From assembly GCA_028288925.1 (NCBI GenBank), contig JAQGHG010000005.1, forward strand, positions 15,991 to 79,990: a stretch of 64,000 nucleotides of DNA. The letters are read 5' to 3'. The translations under genes were made by a program, and so were the position numbers. The DNA is from Patescibacteria group bacterium (GTDB lineage Bacteria; Patescibacteriota; Saccharimonadia; UBA4664). Of this stretch, positions 28,602-36,512 are shown one piece after another. Numbering within the stretch: position 1 is the first letter of the stretch; every line of letters begins with the position of its first letter. Below the pieces are notes generated by a model. That model saw only the letters and a list, made by a program, of their open reading frames with translations. It searched no databases and was not told the DNA's origin.

Positions 28602-29459
28602 TCACTCCGCGCTTTCGGATGGTTGGCTCGCGAAACAAGCTTGGACGGCATTATCATAGGTGCGCTGAACAAGTGGTTCGAAGGCTTCGAAAAGTGCCAG
28701 CTTGCTAAGGGAAAACGCGGCGTTAACTTCCATGACTTTTAGTCCCTCAGTTGTCGTTACGATGTCGACGGCCGCGAAATGGAGCTGGATCGCAGTCAGT
28801 GTTGCCTGGGCTAGTTTGATGAGCTCGCTTTTTAAACGTCCATCGGCGACTTCGGACGGTAGGGCGCCAAATTGCAGATTGTGCCGCCACTCCCCTCCGC
28901 CTGGTGGCCGTACTTTCCGGAAGAGCAGTTGTGGCTGCTGGTTCAGTAGGACGATTCGGTATTCGTCGATAATATCCTCGAAGGGCGAGGCTGCGATGGT
29001 CCGATAGTGCGAGGACATGGTTTCCAAAATGGCCTGCAGCTCCTTGGGTGTAGTGGCTTTGTAGACGTCGGCGCCGCCGCCCCTGTCGCAGGGTTTTAAT
29101 ACAAGCGGCAACTGGGCGTTGCTCAACGTGGCTTGGATGGTTGCCTCCACCGTTTGCTGAGGAGGAAACCTAATTAACCAGTGGGGAATCGTTGGTATCT
29201 GAGCATCTTTCAGAACATGATAGGTCGCGACTTTGTCACGGGCGATCCCCGCTGAAGCCGCGTTATTGAGCGGAAAGAGAAGCGAGGAGATGTGGGTTAC
29301 GCGGCCGTTTTTGGTAAGACGGCATATCCAGTAGTCCGAGAGCCAATCAACCGTTACTTGCTGGCGGCGACAAGCCGTCTCTATGTGACCAACGAAGGTC
29401 TCACGGGTTTTCCATTCGCTAAGCTTAAACAAGCTATGCGCTGTATCGGTGGAGTGCAT
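28602..29459 (-). CDS. ATP-grasp family ligase (RimK/GshB-like) embedded in the folate operon
   Basis: ATP-grasp motifs LVLKPCDRGGGADVY and MEVNAAFS. Probable start is the internal ATG at 29459 (MHSTDTA...), which avoids overlap with the upstream gene; the track ORF runs to 29528. Confidence 0.6.
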   Translation of the reverse strand: MHSTDTAHSLFKLSEWKTRETFVGHIETACRRQQVTVDWLSDYWICRLTKNGRVTHISSLLFPLNNAASAGIARDKVATYHVLKDAQIPTIPHWLIRFPPQQTVEATIQATLSNAQLPLVLKPCDRGGGADVYKATTPKELQAILETMSSHYRTIAASPFEDIIDEYRIVLLNQQPQLLFRKVRPPGGGEWRHNLQFGALPSEVADGRLKSELIKLAQATLTAIQLHFAAVDIVTTTEGLKVMEVNAAFSLSKLALFEAFEPLVQRTYDNAVQACFASQPSESAE

Positions 29460-29472
29460 ATTTGAAAAAGAC

Positions 29473-29988
29473 CTAGTTAGTGGTTGTAATGATGTAGTGA
29501 TTGACGACCGTGCCATCGGAGACTTCAACTTGGCTGTCGAGAAGCTCGAGTTTGACGTCCATATTCAGATCGAACAGCGGCATACCCCGGCCGAATAGTA
29601 CGGGCTGAATGGAAAGATAGAGCTCGGTGATGAGGCCGGCTTCCATGTATTGGTTGTAGATTTGCAGACCGCCGGCGACTATGACGCTCTTGGCGCCTTC
29701 GTTTTCGAGGCGTTCTAGCAGCTGGGCCGGTGAGTCACTGGTGTATTCGACTCCTTCGACGGTTTCGTGGTCTTTGCGTGTGAGCACGATGAGACGGCGG
29801 CCGGGCAGGGCTTTCCCGAAGGTGGCGAAGGTGTTGTAGCCCATCACGACGATGCCGGCTTGTTTGGTGACGCGGGTAAAGAACCGTTTGTCACTAGATG
29901 TGGTCCAGGTGGTAGACAGGTGCTCCCGGTCGCGGGCGATGTAGCCATCGGCCGTTTGGGTCGCTAAAAGTATGATTTTCATGATCAT
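29473..29988 (-). CDS. Dihydrofolate reductase-like protein (RibD_C / DHFR family)
   Basis: KIILLATQTADGYIARD...GYNTF...LIVLTR...VIVAGGLQIYNQYM matches the RibD C-terminal / DHFR-like reductase pattern. 171 aa. Confidence 0.65.
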   Translation of the reverse strand: MIMKIILLATQTADGYIARDREHLSTTWTTSSDKRFFTRVTKQAGIVVMGYNTFATFGKALPGRRLIVLTRKDHETVEGVEYTSDSPAQLLERLENEGAKSVIVAGGLQIYNQYMEAGLITELYLSIQPVLFGRGMPLFDLNMDVKLELLDSQVEVSDGTVVNHYIITTTN

Positions 29989-30033
29989 CCCTTGGTTTTT
30001 AAGTAGATGCGGGTACTTAGGGAGATGATTGGT

Positions 30034-30048
30034 CTATGGGTGCTTCAT
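30034..30048 (-). promoter_or_regulatory. Mini-ORF MKHP-stop (ATG AAG CAC CCA TAG), copy 3, 45 nt upstream of the DHFR-like gene that heads the folate operon
   Basis: Reverse complement of ctatgggtgcttcat. A candidate -10 TATACT (30079-30074, minus strand) lies upstream of it. Confidence 0.45.
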
Positions 30049-30088
30049 AGTTAGTGGCCTGTCTTTCCTCATTAGTATAGCAAATTCT

Positions 30089-30116
30089 TTACAGTTGGCC
30101 CCTCCCCCGCCATAAT
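30089..30116 (+). promoter_or_regulatory. Candidate promoter for small acidic ORF
   Basis: TTACAG (30089-30094), 16-nt spacer, CATAAT (30111-30116). Confidence 0.35.
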
Positions 30117-30142
30117 TTGGTTAATCTAATTGGACATACGCT

Positions 30143-30304
30143 ATGGAAGAACCCAAGAACCCGCAAGGAACTACCCCCGAAGATGCCACGCAGGCCGATG
30201 GCTACTACGGTGAGGATGAGCTAGAGATGGACGAGCTGGATCTGAGCTTTTTGGACGAAGACGACGAGGCTGACGCGCCGAAGAAGTCTGATAAGGCCGC
30301 GTAG
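30143..30304 (+). CDS. Small acidic protein, 53 aa (not in ORF track; below length cutoff)
   Basis: ATG 30143 to TAG 30304 encodes MEEPKNPQGTTPEDATQADGYYGEDELEMDELDLSFLDEDDEADAPKKSDKAA. A promoter-like element lies upstream, and the ORF occupies an otherwise empty 360-nt gap. Confidence 0.4.
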   Translation: MEEPKNPQGTTPEDATQADGYYGEDELEMDELDLSFLDEDDEADAPKKSDKAA

Positions 30305-30348
30305 TTATCGCTTCTGAGCGGCTAAAAGTTGGCATTGTCGCGCCCCAT

Positions 30349-31479
30349 ATGTTTATGCATGAGGATATTTTGTCGCGGGTGATTTTCTCGCCGGGACAGC
30401 TGGCGATTAATCTGGCTGAGGGGGTGCGGAAGCTGGGCGCGGACGTGACGTTATTTACGCCCGGCCCGCTTAAGGTGGGAGCGCGCAATGTGACGGCTGA
30501 TTTGAGTTATTTTGAACGGGAACTAGCCGGGCGGGGCGATTCGTATATTGATTTGCTCAAGAAGCACCCGCTCACCTTCATTACACTCGCGCGCCAGGTC
30601 CAGAGTGAACTCATCGCCAAAGCTTATGCTATGGCAAATGCCGGCGAGCTGGATGTGGTGCATATTTATACCAATGAGGAGGATATCGCGCTGCCGTTCG
30701 CGCGGTTATGTACTAAGCCGGTAGTGTTTACGCATCATGACCCGTTTAATTTCCTAGTGAAGTACAAGAGCGTCTTCCCGAAGTACGCGGACTTGAATTG
30801 GATCTCGATGTCGTTGGCGCAGCGACGTGGGATGCCGGAGGATACGGATTGGGTGGGTAATATTTACCATGGGCTCGATCCGGATGTATGGGCTCCGAAT
30901 TACACTCCCAAAGGTGATTATGCCGTGTACATGGGGCGGATCATTGAGCCGAAAGGTGTGCACCTGGCGATCGCGGCGGTGAAGCGCCATAATTTGGCGC
31001 ATCCAGACGACAAACTGAGGCTCAAAATCGCCGGCAAGCACTACGCTGGCGTCAAAGACGCCTACTGGACGGAGCAAATTGAGCCGCAGATCGACGGCCG
31101 CGAGATTGAATATGTGGGGTTTGTGGCTGATCAGAAGCAAAAACAAGACTTATTGAGCAGTGCGCGGGCACTCGTGGTCCCATCGCTGTTCGAGGAGCCC
31201 TTTGGTATGGTGATGATCGAGGCGCTGGCTTGCGGAACACCCGTGATTGGGCTGGATTCAGGTGCGATCCCGGAGGTCATTCGTGATGGCGAAACCGGCG
31301 TGTTGGTGCGCAAAGCCGCGGATGAAGCTACGATAGCCCAGGGGCTGGCTGATGCCATTGGTCGCGTAGGAGCTATTGACCGCCGAGCCTGCCGTCGCGA
31401 TTTTGAAGCTCGATTTACGTTGGATCGAATGGGCCGAGAGCACTTAGGTGTCTATAATACCTTGACATTAGCATCATAG
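30349..31479 (+). CDS. Glycosyltransferase family 4 (GT-B fold)
   Basis: EX7E-type C-terminal motif (LFEEPFGMVMIEALACGTPVIG). 376 aa. The in-frame upstream codons read KVGIVAPH, which is typical of a GT4 N-terminus but has no canonical start codon. Confidence 0.75.
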   Translation: MFMHEDILSRVIFSPGQLAINLAEGVRKLGADVTLFTPGPLKVGARNVTADLSYFERELAGRGDSYIDLLKKHPLTFITLARQVQSELIAKAYAMANAGELDVVHIYTNEEDIALPFARLCTKPVVFTHHDPFNFLVKYKSVFPKYADLNWISMSLAQRRGMPEDTDWVGNIYHGLDPDVWAPNYTPKGDYAVYMGRIIEPKGVHLAIAAVKRHNLAHPDDKLRLKIAGKHYAGVKDAYWTEQIEPQIDGREIEYVGFVADQKQKQDLLSSARALVVPSLFEEPFGMVMIEALACGTPVIGLDSGAIPEVIRDGETGVLVRKAADEATIAQGLADAIGRVGAIDRRACRRDFEARFTLDRMGREHLGVYNTLTLAS

Positions 31480-31591
31480 ATAGCTGACACTACTTTTGTC
31501 CTTGAAAAGTCAAAAGTACTCCACTAGCGCACCCTGGAAGGGGGCTGTGAAGATGTGCGGGTTTCTGCCCCCCGAGCTGCGTGGAATAGCC

Positions 31592-32785
31592 ATGTCGAAG
31601 GTCTTGGCGAGTTCCGCCGTCCAGCTGACCAGTGTGTTTCTGGCGGTTCTGCTGTTTGGTCGTGGACTCAGACTTTGGCAGGTCTGTGGATTTTATGTAC
31701 TCTATTCGATTGCGGGGATAGTTCTCATCTACCCTTGCTGCCGGATTATAAACCGCTACGGAGCCCGCCTCGGTTTTGTGGTGAGCTACATAGGGCTGGC
31801 CGCTCAGGCGGTTCTGCTTTCCACCTACACGGCCGGAGCCCAAGGCTGGACGATCGCTGTAATGGCGGTGGTGTTTGCTTTGGCGGCTGCGTTTCGTTTG
31901 TGTTCAACCGCGTTCCATGTGTCGAGGCTGATGGTTCGCGGTCGCGAGGGTCGCGACCTCGCATGGCTCGAGGTTCTGACCTTGGTGGCTGTGTGGGGCG
32001 TGTCCGTAGCCTGCTGGATAGTGGCTGTGGCGCGAGGTAAGGAGTGGCTCGGTGTAGCATCGGCCCTCCTGGCTATCGCGGCTATCGTGCCGGTCTGGCA
32101 CGGGGACAAGCTTGGTAACGGCCGTCGGACGGCGTCGTCTGTGCGCTTTCGATCCCATGCGCCTTGGCGTGACCTAGTTGCTTGCTTCGGCTGGAACTTC
32201 CAGTCAGGCGTAGGCTTCTGGGCGTGGTCGATGTATCTGGCGATCGTCATCCCGAGTTTTAGGATACTGGGAGTCATCGCGGCGATTTCTTCAATCGCGA
32301 TGGGCATACTCACGATGTTGGCCGGACGCTGGATCGACAGGCACCATAAGGGTGTGCGGGTAGTGCTTGTGGCGACTGTCTGCCTGGGCTCGGTGGTGCA
32401 TCTGCTTCGCATTGGCGTAGCGGTTGTCTCAGACCGGCTGGCCGCAGCGCCCATGGTCGCTACGGTCGTCCTGACCTTGTCCACTATTGTCTATGGGGTA
32501 GTGGCTAGTCTGCTTCAAGTGAGCTGGCAGAAGAGTTACTACTCGTGGGCCTCGGAGCAGGACATCAACTACGTGGCGAGTATGGAGAGCTCCGCGATGT
32601 TTTCGCAGCTCGTGCTGTGGAGTGGGCTCTGCGCGCTGGCATATTTCGGCCAGAGCGCGAACGTCGTCTTCGTGACAGCCTTTGCCTACGCTGGCGTAGT
32701 GACGGGGTGTTGCGTGCTCATTCGGCGCCATAGCGGGCAGATGAGCCACGACCAAGCAGACACGCTGCTGACGAAGTCCAAGTGA
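31592..32785 (+). CDS. 12-TM transporter, MFS-like
   Basis: 12 predicted hydrophobic helices in a 6+6 arrangement with a central loop. Start taken at ATG 31592 (MSKVLASS...). Confidence 0.55.
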   Translation: MSKVLASSAVQLTSVFLAVLLFGRGLRLWQVCGFYVLYSIAGIVLIYPCCRIINRYGARLGFVVSYIGLAAQAVLLSTYTAGAQGWTIAVMAVVFALAAAFRLCSTAFHVSRLMVRGREGRDLAWLEVLTLVAVWGVSVACWIVAVARGKEWLGVASALLAIAAIVPVWHGDKLGNGRRTASSVRFRSHAPWRDLVACFGWNFQSGVGFWAWSMYLAIVIPSFRILGVIAAISSIAMGILTMLAGRWIDRHHKGVRVVLVATVCLGSVVHLLRIGVAVVSDRLAAAPMVATVVLTLSTIVYGVVASLLQVSWQKSYYSWASEQDINYVASMESSAMFSQLVLWSGLCALAYFGQSANVVFVTAFAYAGVVTGCCVLIRRHSGQMSHDQADTLLTKSK

Positions 32786-32826
32786 CGCAGGCGGCCCGAT
32801 CCTTGAGGATCGGGCCGCTTAGACTT

Positions 32827-33627
32827 TTATAACGCAATTTTTTCTAATTGTACGGGTCGCCCAAAAAGCTGCTTTGCCACTTCGCCGGTGCTGGGCGCCA
32901 GATCGGTTGTGAGCAGCCGGTGGGTTTCGTGGCGGGTGAGCTTTTGCTCGATTTCGGGGTGTCGTCGCAGGTAATCGTTGAGCTTGGCCGAAATGATGGT
33001 GTCTTGGCCGATGACGGCTATTTTGTCGCCGATTCTGGCTTGGATTTGTTGTTTGAGCAGAGGGTAATGGGTGCATCCCAGGATGAGGGTATCGATATTT
33101 TTCGCGAGGAGCGGGGCGAGATAGTCGTCGAGGATGGGCGCGGCGTACTTGAGCGAGTCGTTTTCGATGAGCGGGACGAGCAAGGGAGTGGCTTGTTGGA
33201 ATACGTTCGCGTCAGGTTGAAGTTTATGGATTTCGCGGGGGTAGGCATCGGATTGGACGGTACCTTGGGTGGCTATTACGCCGATGTTGCCGTTTTTGGT
33301 TTGCTTGACGGCTTCTTCGGCGGCTGGGATGAGAACACCAAGTACGCGCCGGTCCGGATAAGCCTGGGGCAAGTATTCTTGCTGGATCCGGCGAAGGGCT
33401 TGGGCTGACGCGGTGTTACAGGCTACGATGACGAGTTGGCAGTCCTGCCCGAGCAAATATTCGACGGCATCACGGGTAAACTGGTAGATCATCTCCTGAG
33501 AGCGGTTGCCGTAGGGTACGCGGGCGGTGTCGCCTAGGTAGATGTAATCGTATTTGGGTAGGGCTCGCAGGAGGCCGTGCGTGACGATGAGCCCACCCAG
33601 TCCGGAGTCGAAGAGGCCGATCTTCAC
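32827..33627 (-). CDS. murI: Glutamate racemase
   Basis: MKIGLFDSGLGGL...VIVACNTAS...LGCTHYP; the catalytic Cys motifs are present. Confidence 0.9.
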   Translation of the reverse strand: MKIGLFDSGLGGLIVTHGLLRALPKYDYIYLGDTARVPYGNRSQEMIYQFTRDAVEYLLGQDCQLVIVACNTASAQALRRIQQEYLPQAYPDRRVLGVLIPAAEEAVKQTKNGNIGVIATQGTVQSDAYPREIHKLQPDANVFQQATPLLVPLIENDSLKYAAPILDDYLAPLLAKNIDTLILGCTHYPLLKQQIQARIGDKIAVIGQDTIISAKLNDYLRRHPEIEQKLTRHETHRLLTTDLAPSTGEVAKQLFGRPVQLEKIAL

Positions 33628-33628
33628 G

Positions 33629-34471
33629 TTAGAGAATTACCAAGTCGGTCTTGATGTGCGGGTGCGGGTCGTAGCCCTCGAGCACGAAGTTTTCTTCTTT
33701 GAAGTCGTCGATGGTTTTGACGTCGCCGACGATTTTGAGCTTGGGGAAGGGTCGGGGCTTGCGGTGGAGCTGCTCCTTGGCGGCTTCGATGTGGTTGCGG
33801 TAGAGGTGGGCGTTGCCGGCCGAGATGATGAGCTCGCGCGGCTCGGCGCCCACCAGGTGCGCCACCATATACAGCAGCATGGCGTACTGGGCGATGTTGA
33901 AGGGCGCGCCTAGGAAGACGTCCCACGAGCGCTGGTAGAGATGCAGGCGGAGTTTGCCGTCGGTCAGATCAAATTGGAACATGGTGTGGCACGGGGGCAG
34001 GCGAATATCGCCGTAGTCGTCGGGATTCCAGCGCTTGTCGCCGAGCTCGCCGGCATTCCATGCGCTTACGATGATGCCCTTGGAGTCCGGATTGGTTTTG
34101 AGCTGATCAATGGCCCAGGCTAGCTGGTCAAATTCGGTGCCGTTGGGCCGTAGCCAGTGCCGCCATTGCACGCCGTAGATGCGGCCGAGGTCGTTGGAGC
34201 CTTCGTGTAGGAAGCCGTCCCAGTAGCGGATTTTGTGCTCGTGGAGGTAGGTGACGTCGGAACTGCCGGAGATGAACCAGAGCAGCTCGTGGAGCAGAAT
34301 TTTAAACGGCATTTTCTTGGTGGTAAGCAGCGGGAAGCCGTAGCGCAGGTCGAAGTGGACCTGGGCGCCGAAGACCGACTTGAGTGGCCAAATGCCGCGT
34401 GACGGCTTGCTGCGGCCGTCCTTGAGGATGGTGGCCATGAGTTTGAGGTATTCGTATTCTGGATGTTTCAT
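33629..34471 (-). CDS. thyA: Thymidylate synthase
   Basis: ThyA hallmarks: LPPCHTMFQFDL...RSWDVFLGAPFNIAQYAML. 280 aa. Confidence 0.9.
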   Translation of the reverse strand: MKHPEYEYLKLMATILKDGRSKPSRGIWPLKSVFGAQVHFDLRYGFPLLTTKKMPFKILLHELLWFISGSSDVTYLHEHKIRYWDGFLHEGSNDLGRIYGVQWRHWLRPNGTEFDQLAWAIDQLKTNPDSKGIIVSAWNAGELGDKRWNPDDYGDIRLPPCHTMFQFDLTDGKLRLHLYQRSWDVFLGAPFNIAQYAMLLYMVAHLVGAEPRELIISAGNAHLYRNHIEAAKEQLHRKPRPFPKLKIVGDVKTIDDFKEENFVLEGYDPHPHIKTDLVIL

Positions 34472-34851
34472 GCGGTTCCTTCGTAGCGCACGGTGGCGCC
34501 GAGCGTTTTATTGTCTAATTCAATGTAGGCGAGCTGCGTTATCTGCGGCGCGAGCTTTTGGTAGGTCCAGCGTGCTACCTGCTCAAAGGTGGGCCGGAAT
34601 TCAAACAGCTCGGTCCATTTTTGGCTGGAGAGGTGGCTAGCTGTGGCAGCGAGTATATCATCCAGGCTATCGGTGTCTACGAACCAACCTCGTTCCCCCA
34701 TCTGGTCATCGTCGAAGCGAATGGCTGCCGTCAGGGTGATGCTGTAGCCGTCTACGGGCTGGAGTGGGGCTAGCTTTTTAGCGTCGCGAATGGGTGATTT
34801 AAGTCCCTGGAGAGCTTTAAATTCTTTTCGTAGCGTTACAACATAACTCAT
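34468..34851 (-). CDS. PTPS/QueD (T-fold)-like protein lacking the canonical zinc-binding His/Cys residues
   Basis: Similar to 6-pyruvoyl-tetrahydropterin synthase at GWFVDTDSLDDIL (compare GMVxDFxDLK) and at PTFEQVARW (compare PTxENLAxW). However AAIRF replaces AAHRL, there is no HGH triad and the protein has no Cys. Overlaps thyA by 4 nt. Confidence 0.45.
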   Translation of the reverse strand: MSYVVTLRKEFKALQGLKSPIRDAKKLAPLQPVDGYSITLTAAIRFDDDQMGERGWFVDTDSLDDILAATASHLSSQKWTELFEFRPTFEQVARWTYQKLAPQITQLAYIELDNKTLGATVRYEGTA

Positions 34852-34935
34852 CAGACGCCCCTTATTTGTTAATTATTGTAGCATTAGGATCTTATTTTTT
34901 ACCCATACACTTTGGGCATAGGTTAGGATAATTAC

Positions 34936-35511
34936 ATGCTGAAAGATTTGCCAGTCGTGCTGTTCGAATCGTCCGGGTATTGGGAGCAGTGGCTCAACGC
35001 CCATCACGCCCAACCACAGGGCCTTTGGCTCAAGATTGCCAAGAAAGCTTCGGGTACGCCGTCGGTTTCTTATGCCGAGGCGCTGGATGTCGCCCTCTGC
35101 TATGGCTGGATTGACGGGCAAAAGCAATCATTTGACGAGCAGTATTATCTGCAGAAGTTTACGCCGCGCCGCCCCCGGAGTATTTGGTCGAAGGTTAATG
35201 TCGGGAAGATTGCCGTGCTGACTGCCGCGGGCAAGATGATGCCGTCTGGATTGGCTGCGGTCGAGGCTGCCCAACAGGATGGGCGGTGGGATCAAGCTTA
35301 TGATTCGCACCGTACTAGCACAGTGCCGGCTGACTTTCAGGAGGCTCTCGACCAAAGCCCTCAAGCCAAGACCTTCTTTGTTACGCTTAATAAAACCAAC
35401 GCGTACGCTATATTGTGGCGTATTCAAACTGCCAAAAAGCCGGAGACACGACGGGCCAGGATAGAGAAGTTTATCGTAATGTTAAGTGCGGGAAAGAAAT
35501 TTTATCCCTGA
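34936..35511 (+). CDS. YdeI/OmpD-associated family protein (DUF1801-like)
   Basis: WEQWLNAHHAQ...LWLKIAKKASG...ALCYGWIDGQK and a C-terminal ...RIEKFIVML motif typical of the family. Confidence 0.6.
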   Translation: MLKDLPVVLFESSGYWEQWLNAHHAQPQGLWLKIAKKASGTPSVSYAEALDVALCYGWIDGQKQSFDEQYYLQKFTPRRPRSIWSKVNVGKIAVLTAAGKMMPSGLAAVEAAQQDGRWDQAYDSHRTSTVPADFQEALDQSPQAKTFFVTLNKTNAYAILWRIQTAKKPETRRARIEKFIVMLSAGKKFYP

Positions 35512-36512
35512 GCAACGACACGCCGTACCACCTTGCCGGCCCGCTCGAGCATTTGGACGGCGTAGCCTTCGGAGTGATCAACACTATAGACGAATTCGGC
35601 GATATCGGTCTCGGTGAACATGCGGGCGCAGGCGGGACACGGCAAGAGGTTGATGAAGAGCGTGGCGCCGCGCAGGTCAATCCCCTCTTTTTGGGCTTTG
35701 ATGATCATTTCGACCTCGGCGTGGACGGTGTCGTAGTGGTTGAGGTCGTGCGGCGGCGAGAAGTTAGTCTCGCGTGAGGCGCCGTAGTGCATGGCGTAGG
35801 TTTGGAACGGTACCACCCGGTTGAAGGCGGCGGCGAGGTATTCGTAGGTACCGGCGGCCTTGGCGGCGCGGCCCAGCGTAACGCCGGTCTGGAAACTGTA
35901 GTCGAAGGAGAGCTTGGCCGTGTCGCCGGCGAGGGCGAGCATTTCGGCTTCGGAATGTGTTTCTCCCGTCTTGGGCGCGATCAGGGCGAGCATTTCGGGC
36001 ATCACGCGGGCTTCGTACTCGCGGGCTTCGGCTTCGTCGGTGAAGGGCGAGATCATTTCGTACGGGATATGCCGGTTGATGAGCGTGTAATAATTTTCGG
36101 TGGTGTGGAAGGCCTGCTTCCAGGAGCCGTTGATGAGCACGACGCGCTGGAGCGCGAGCTTCTCTAGAATATATTTGGTCTCACGCTGGGCATAGCTGAG
36201 GGCGGCGATGGTGTGTTTGCCGCTGGATGCGTTTACTTTGTCGATAATTGGCTGGACGGTGGCGGCTTGGAGCGTACGAAACTGCGGTTGGCCTTCGAAC
36301 CCGGCGATGTAATCTTCTTTGGCTAGTCCGAGGATGATATTACCCCGCGGCAAGTAGGTTTTGATGAGCTGGGTGAAGCGTTTCACAGAGATTTCACGCG
36401 GGGCGGCAATGAAGGTGGCCTTCAATTCATTGAGCGGCTTCTTGCTTTGGAAAGCCATATCCGACCAATCGAAGACGTAATTATTCATAACTTTAGGCTT
36501 TGGATGGACCAT
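35502..36512 (-). CDS. dCMP/cytidine deaminase-fold protein with about 190-aa N-terminal domain of unknown function
   Basis: The C-terminal region carries HAEVEMI...LLPCPACARM, a zinc-dependent CDA motif of the dCMP-deaminase type. No match was recognised for the N-terminal half. The alternative start at ATG 36488 abuts the upstream gene's stop. Confidence 0.7.
   Translation of the reverse strand: MVHPKPKVMNNYVFDWSDMAFQSKKPLNELKATFIAAPREISVKRFTQLIKTYLPRGNIILGLAKEDYIAGFEGQPQFRTLQAATVQPIIDKVNASSGKHTIAALSYAQRETKYILEKLALQRVVLINGSWKQAFHTTENYYTLINRHIPYEMISPFTDEAEAREYEARVMPEMLALIAPKTGETHSEAEMLALAGDTAKLSFDYSFQTGVTLGRAAKAAGTYEYLAAAFNRVVPFQTYAMHYGASRETNFSPPHDLNHYDTVHAEVEMIIKAQKEGIDLRGATLFINLLPCPACARMFTETDIAEFVYSVDHSEGYAVQMLERAGKVVRRVVAQG

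Noticed and set aside
30316-30351. N-terminal extension of the GT4 gene (in-frame KVGIVAPH before ATG 30349)
   Set aside because: No ATG, GTG or TTG between the upstream stop at 30316 and ATG 30349. Either a rare ATT start or simply 5' UTR; not enough evidence to extend the gene.
34468-34851. PTPS-III substituting for missing FolB
   Set aside because: The protein lacks all Cys and His metal or catalytic residues required by PTPS-I and PTPS-III. Kept only as a degenerate homolog.
35502-36512. Anti-phage dCTP-deaminase defence protein
   Set aside because: No kinase or P-loop N-domain, and the protein has the wrong size. It sits beside thyA in a nucleotide/folate metabolic context. Flagged as a novel fusion rather than a defence call.
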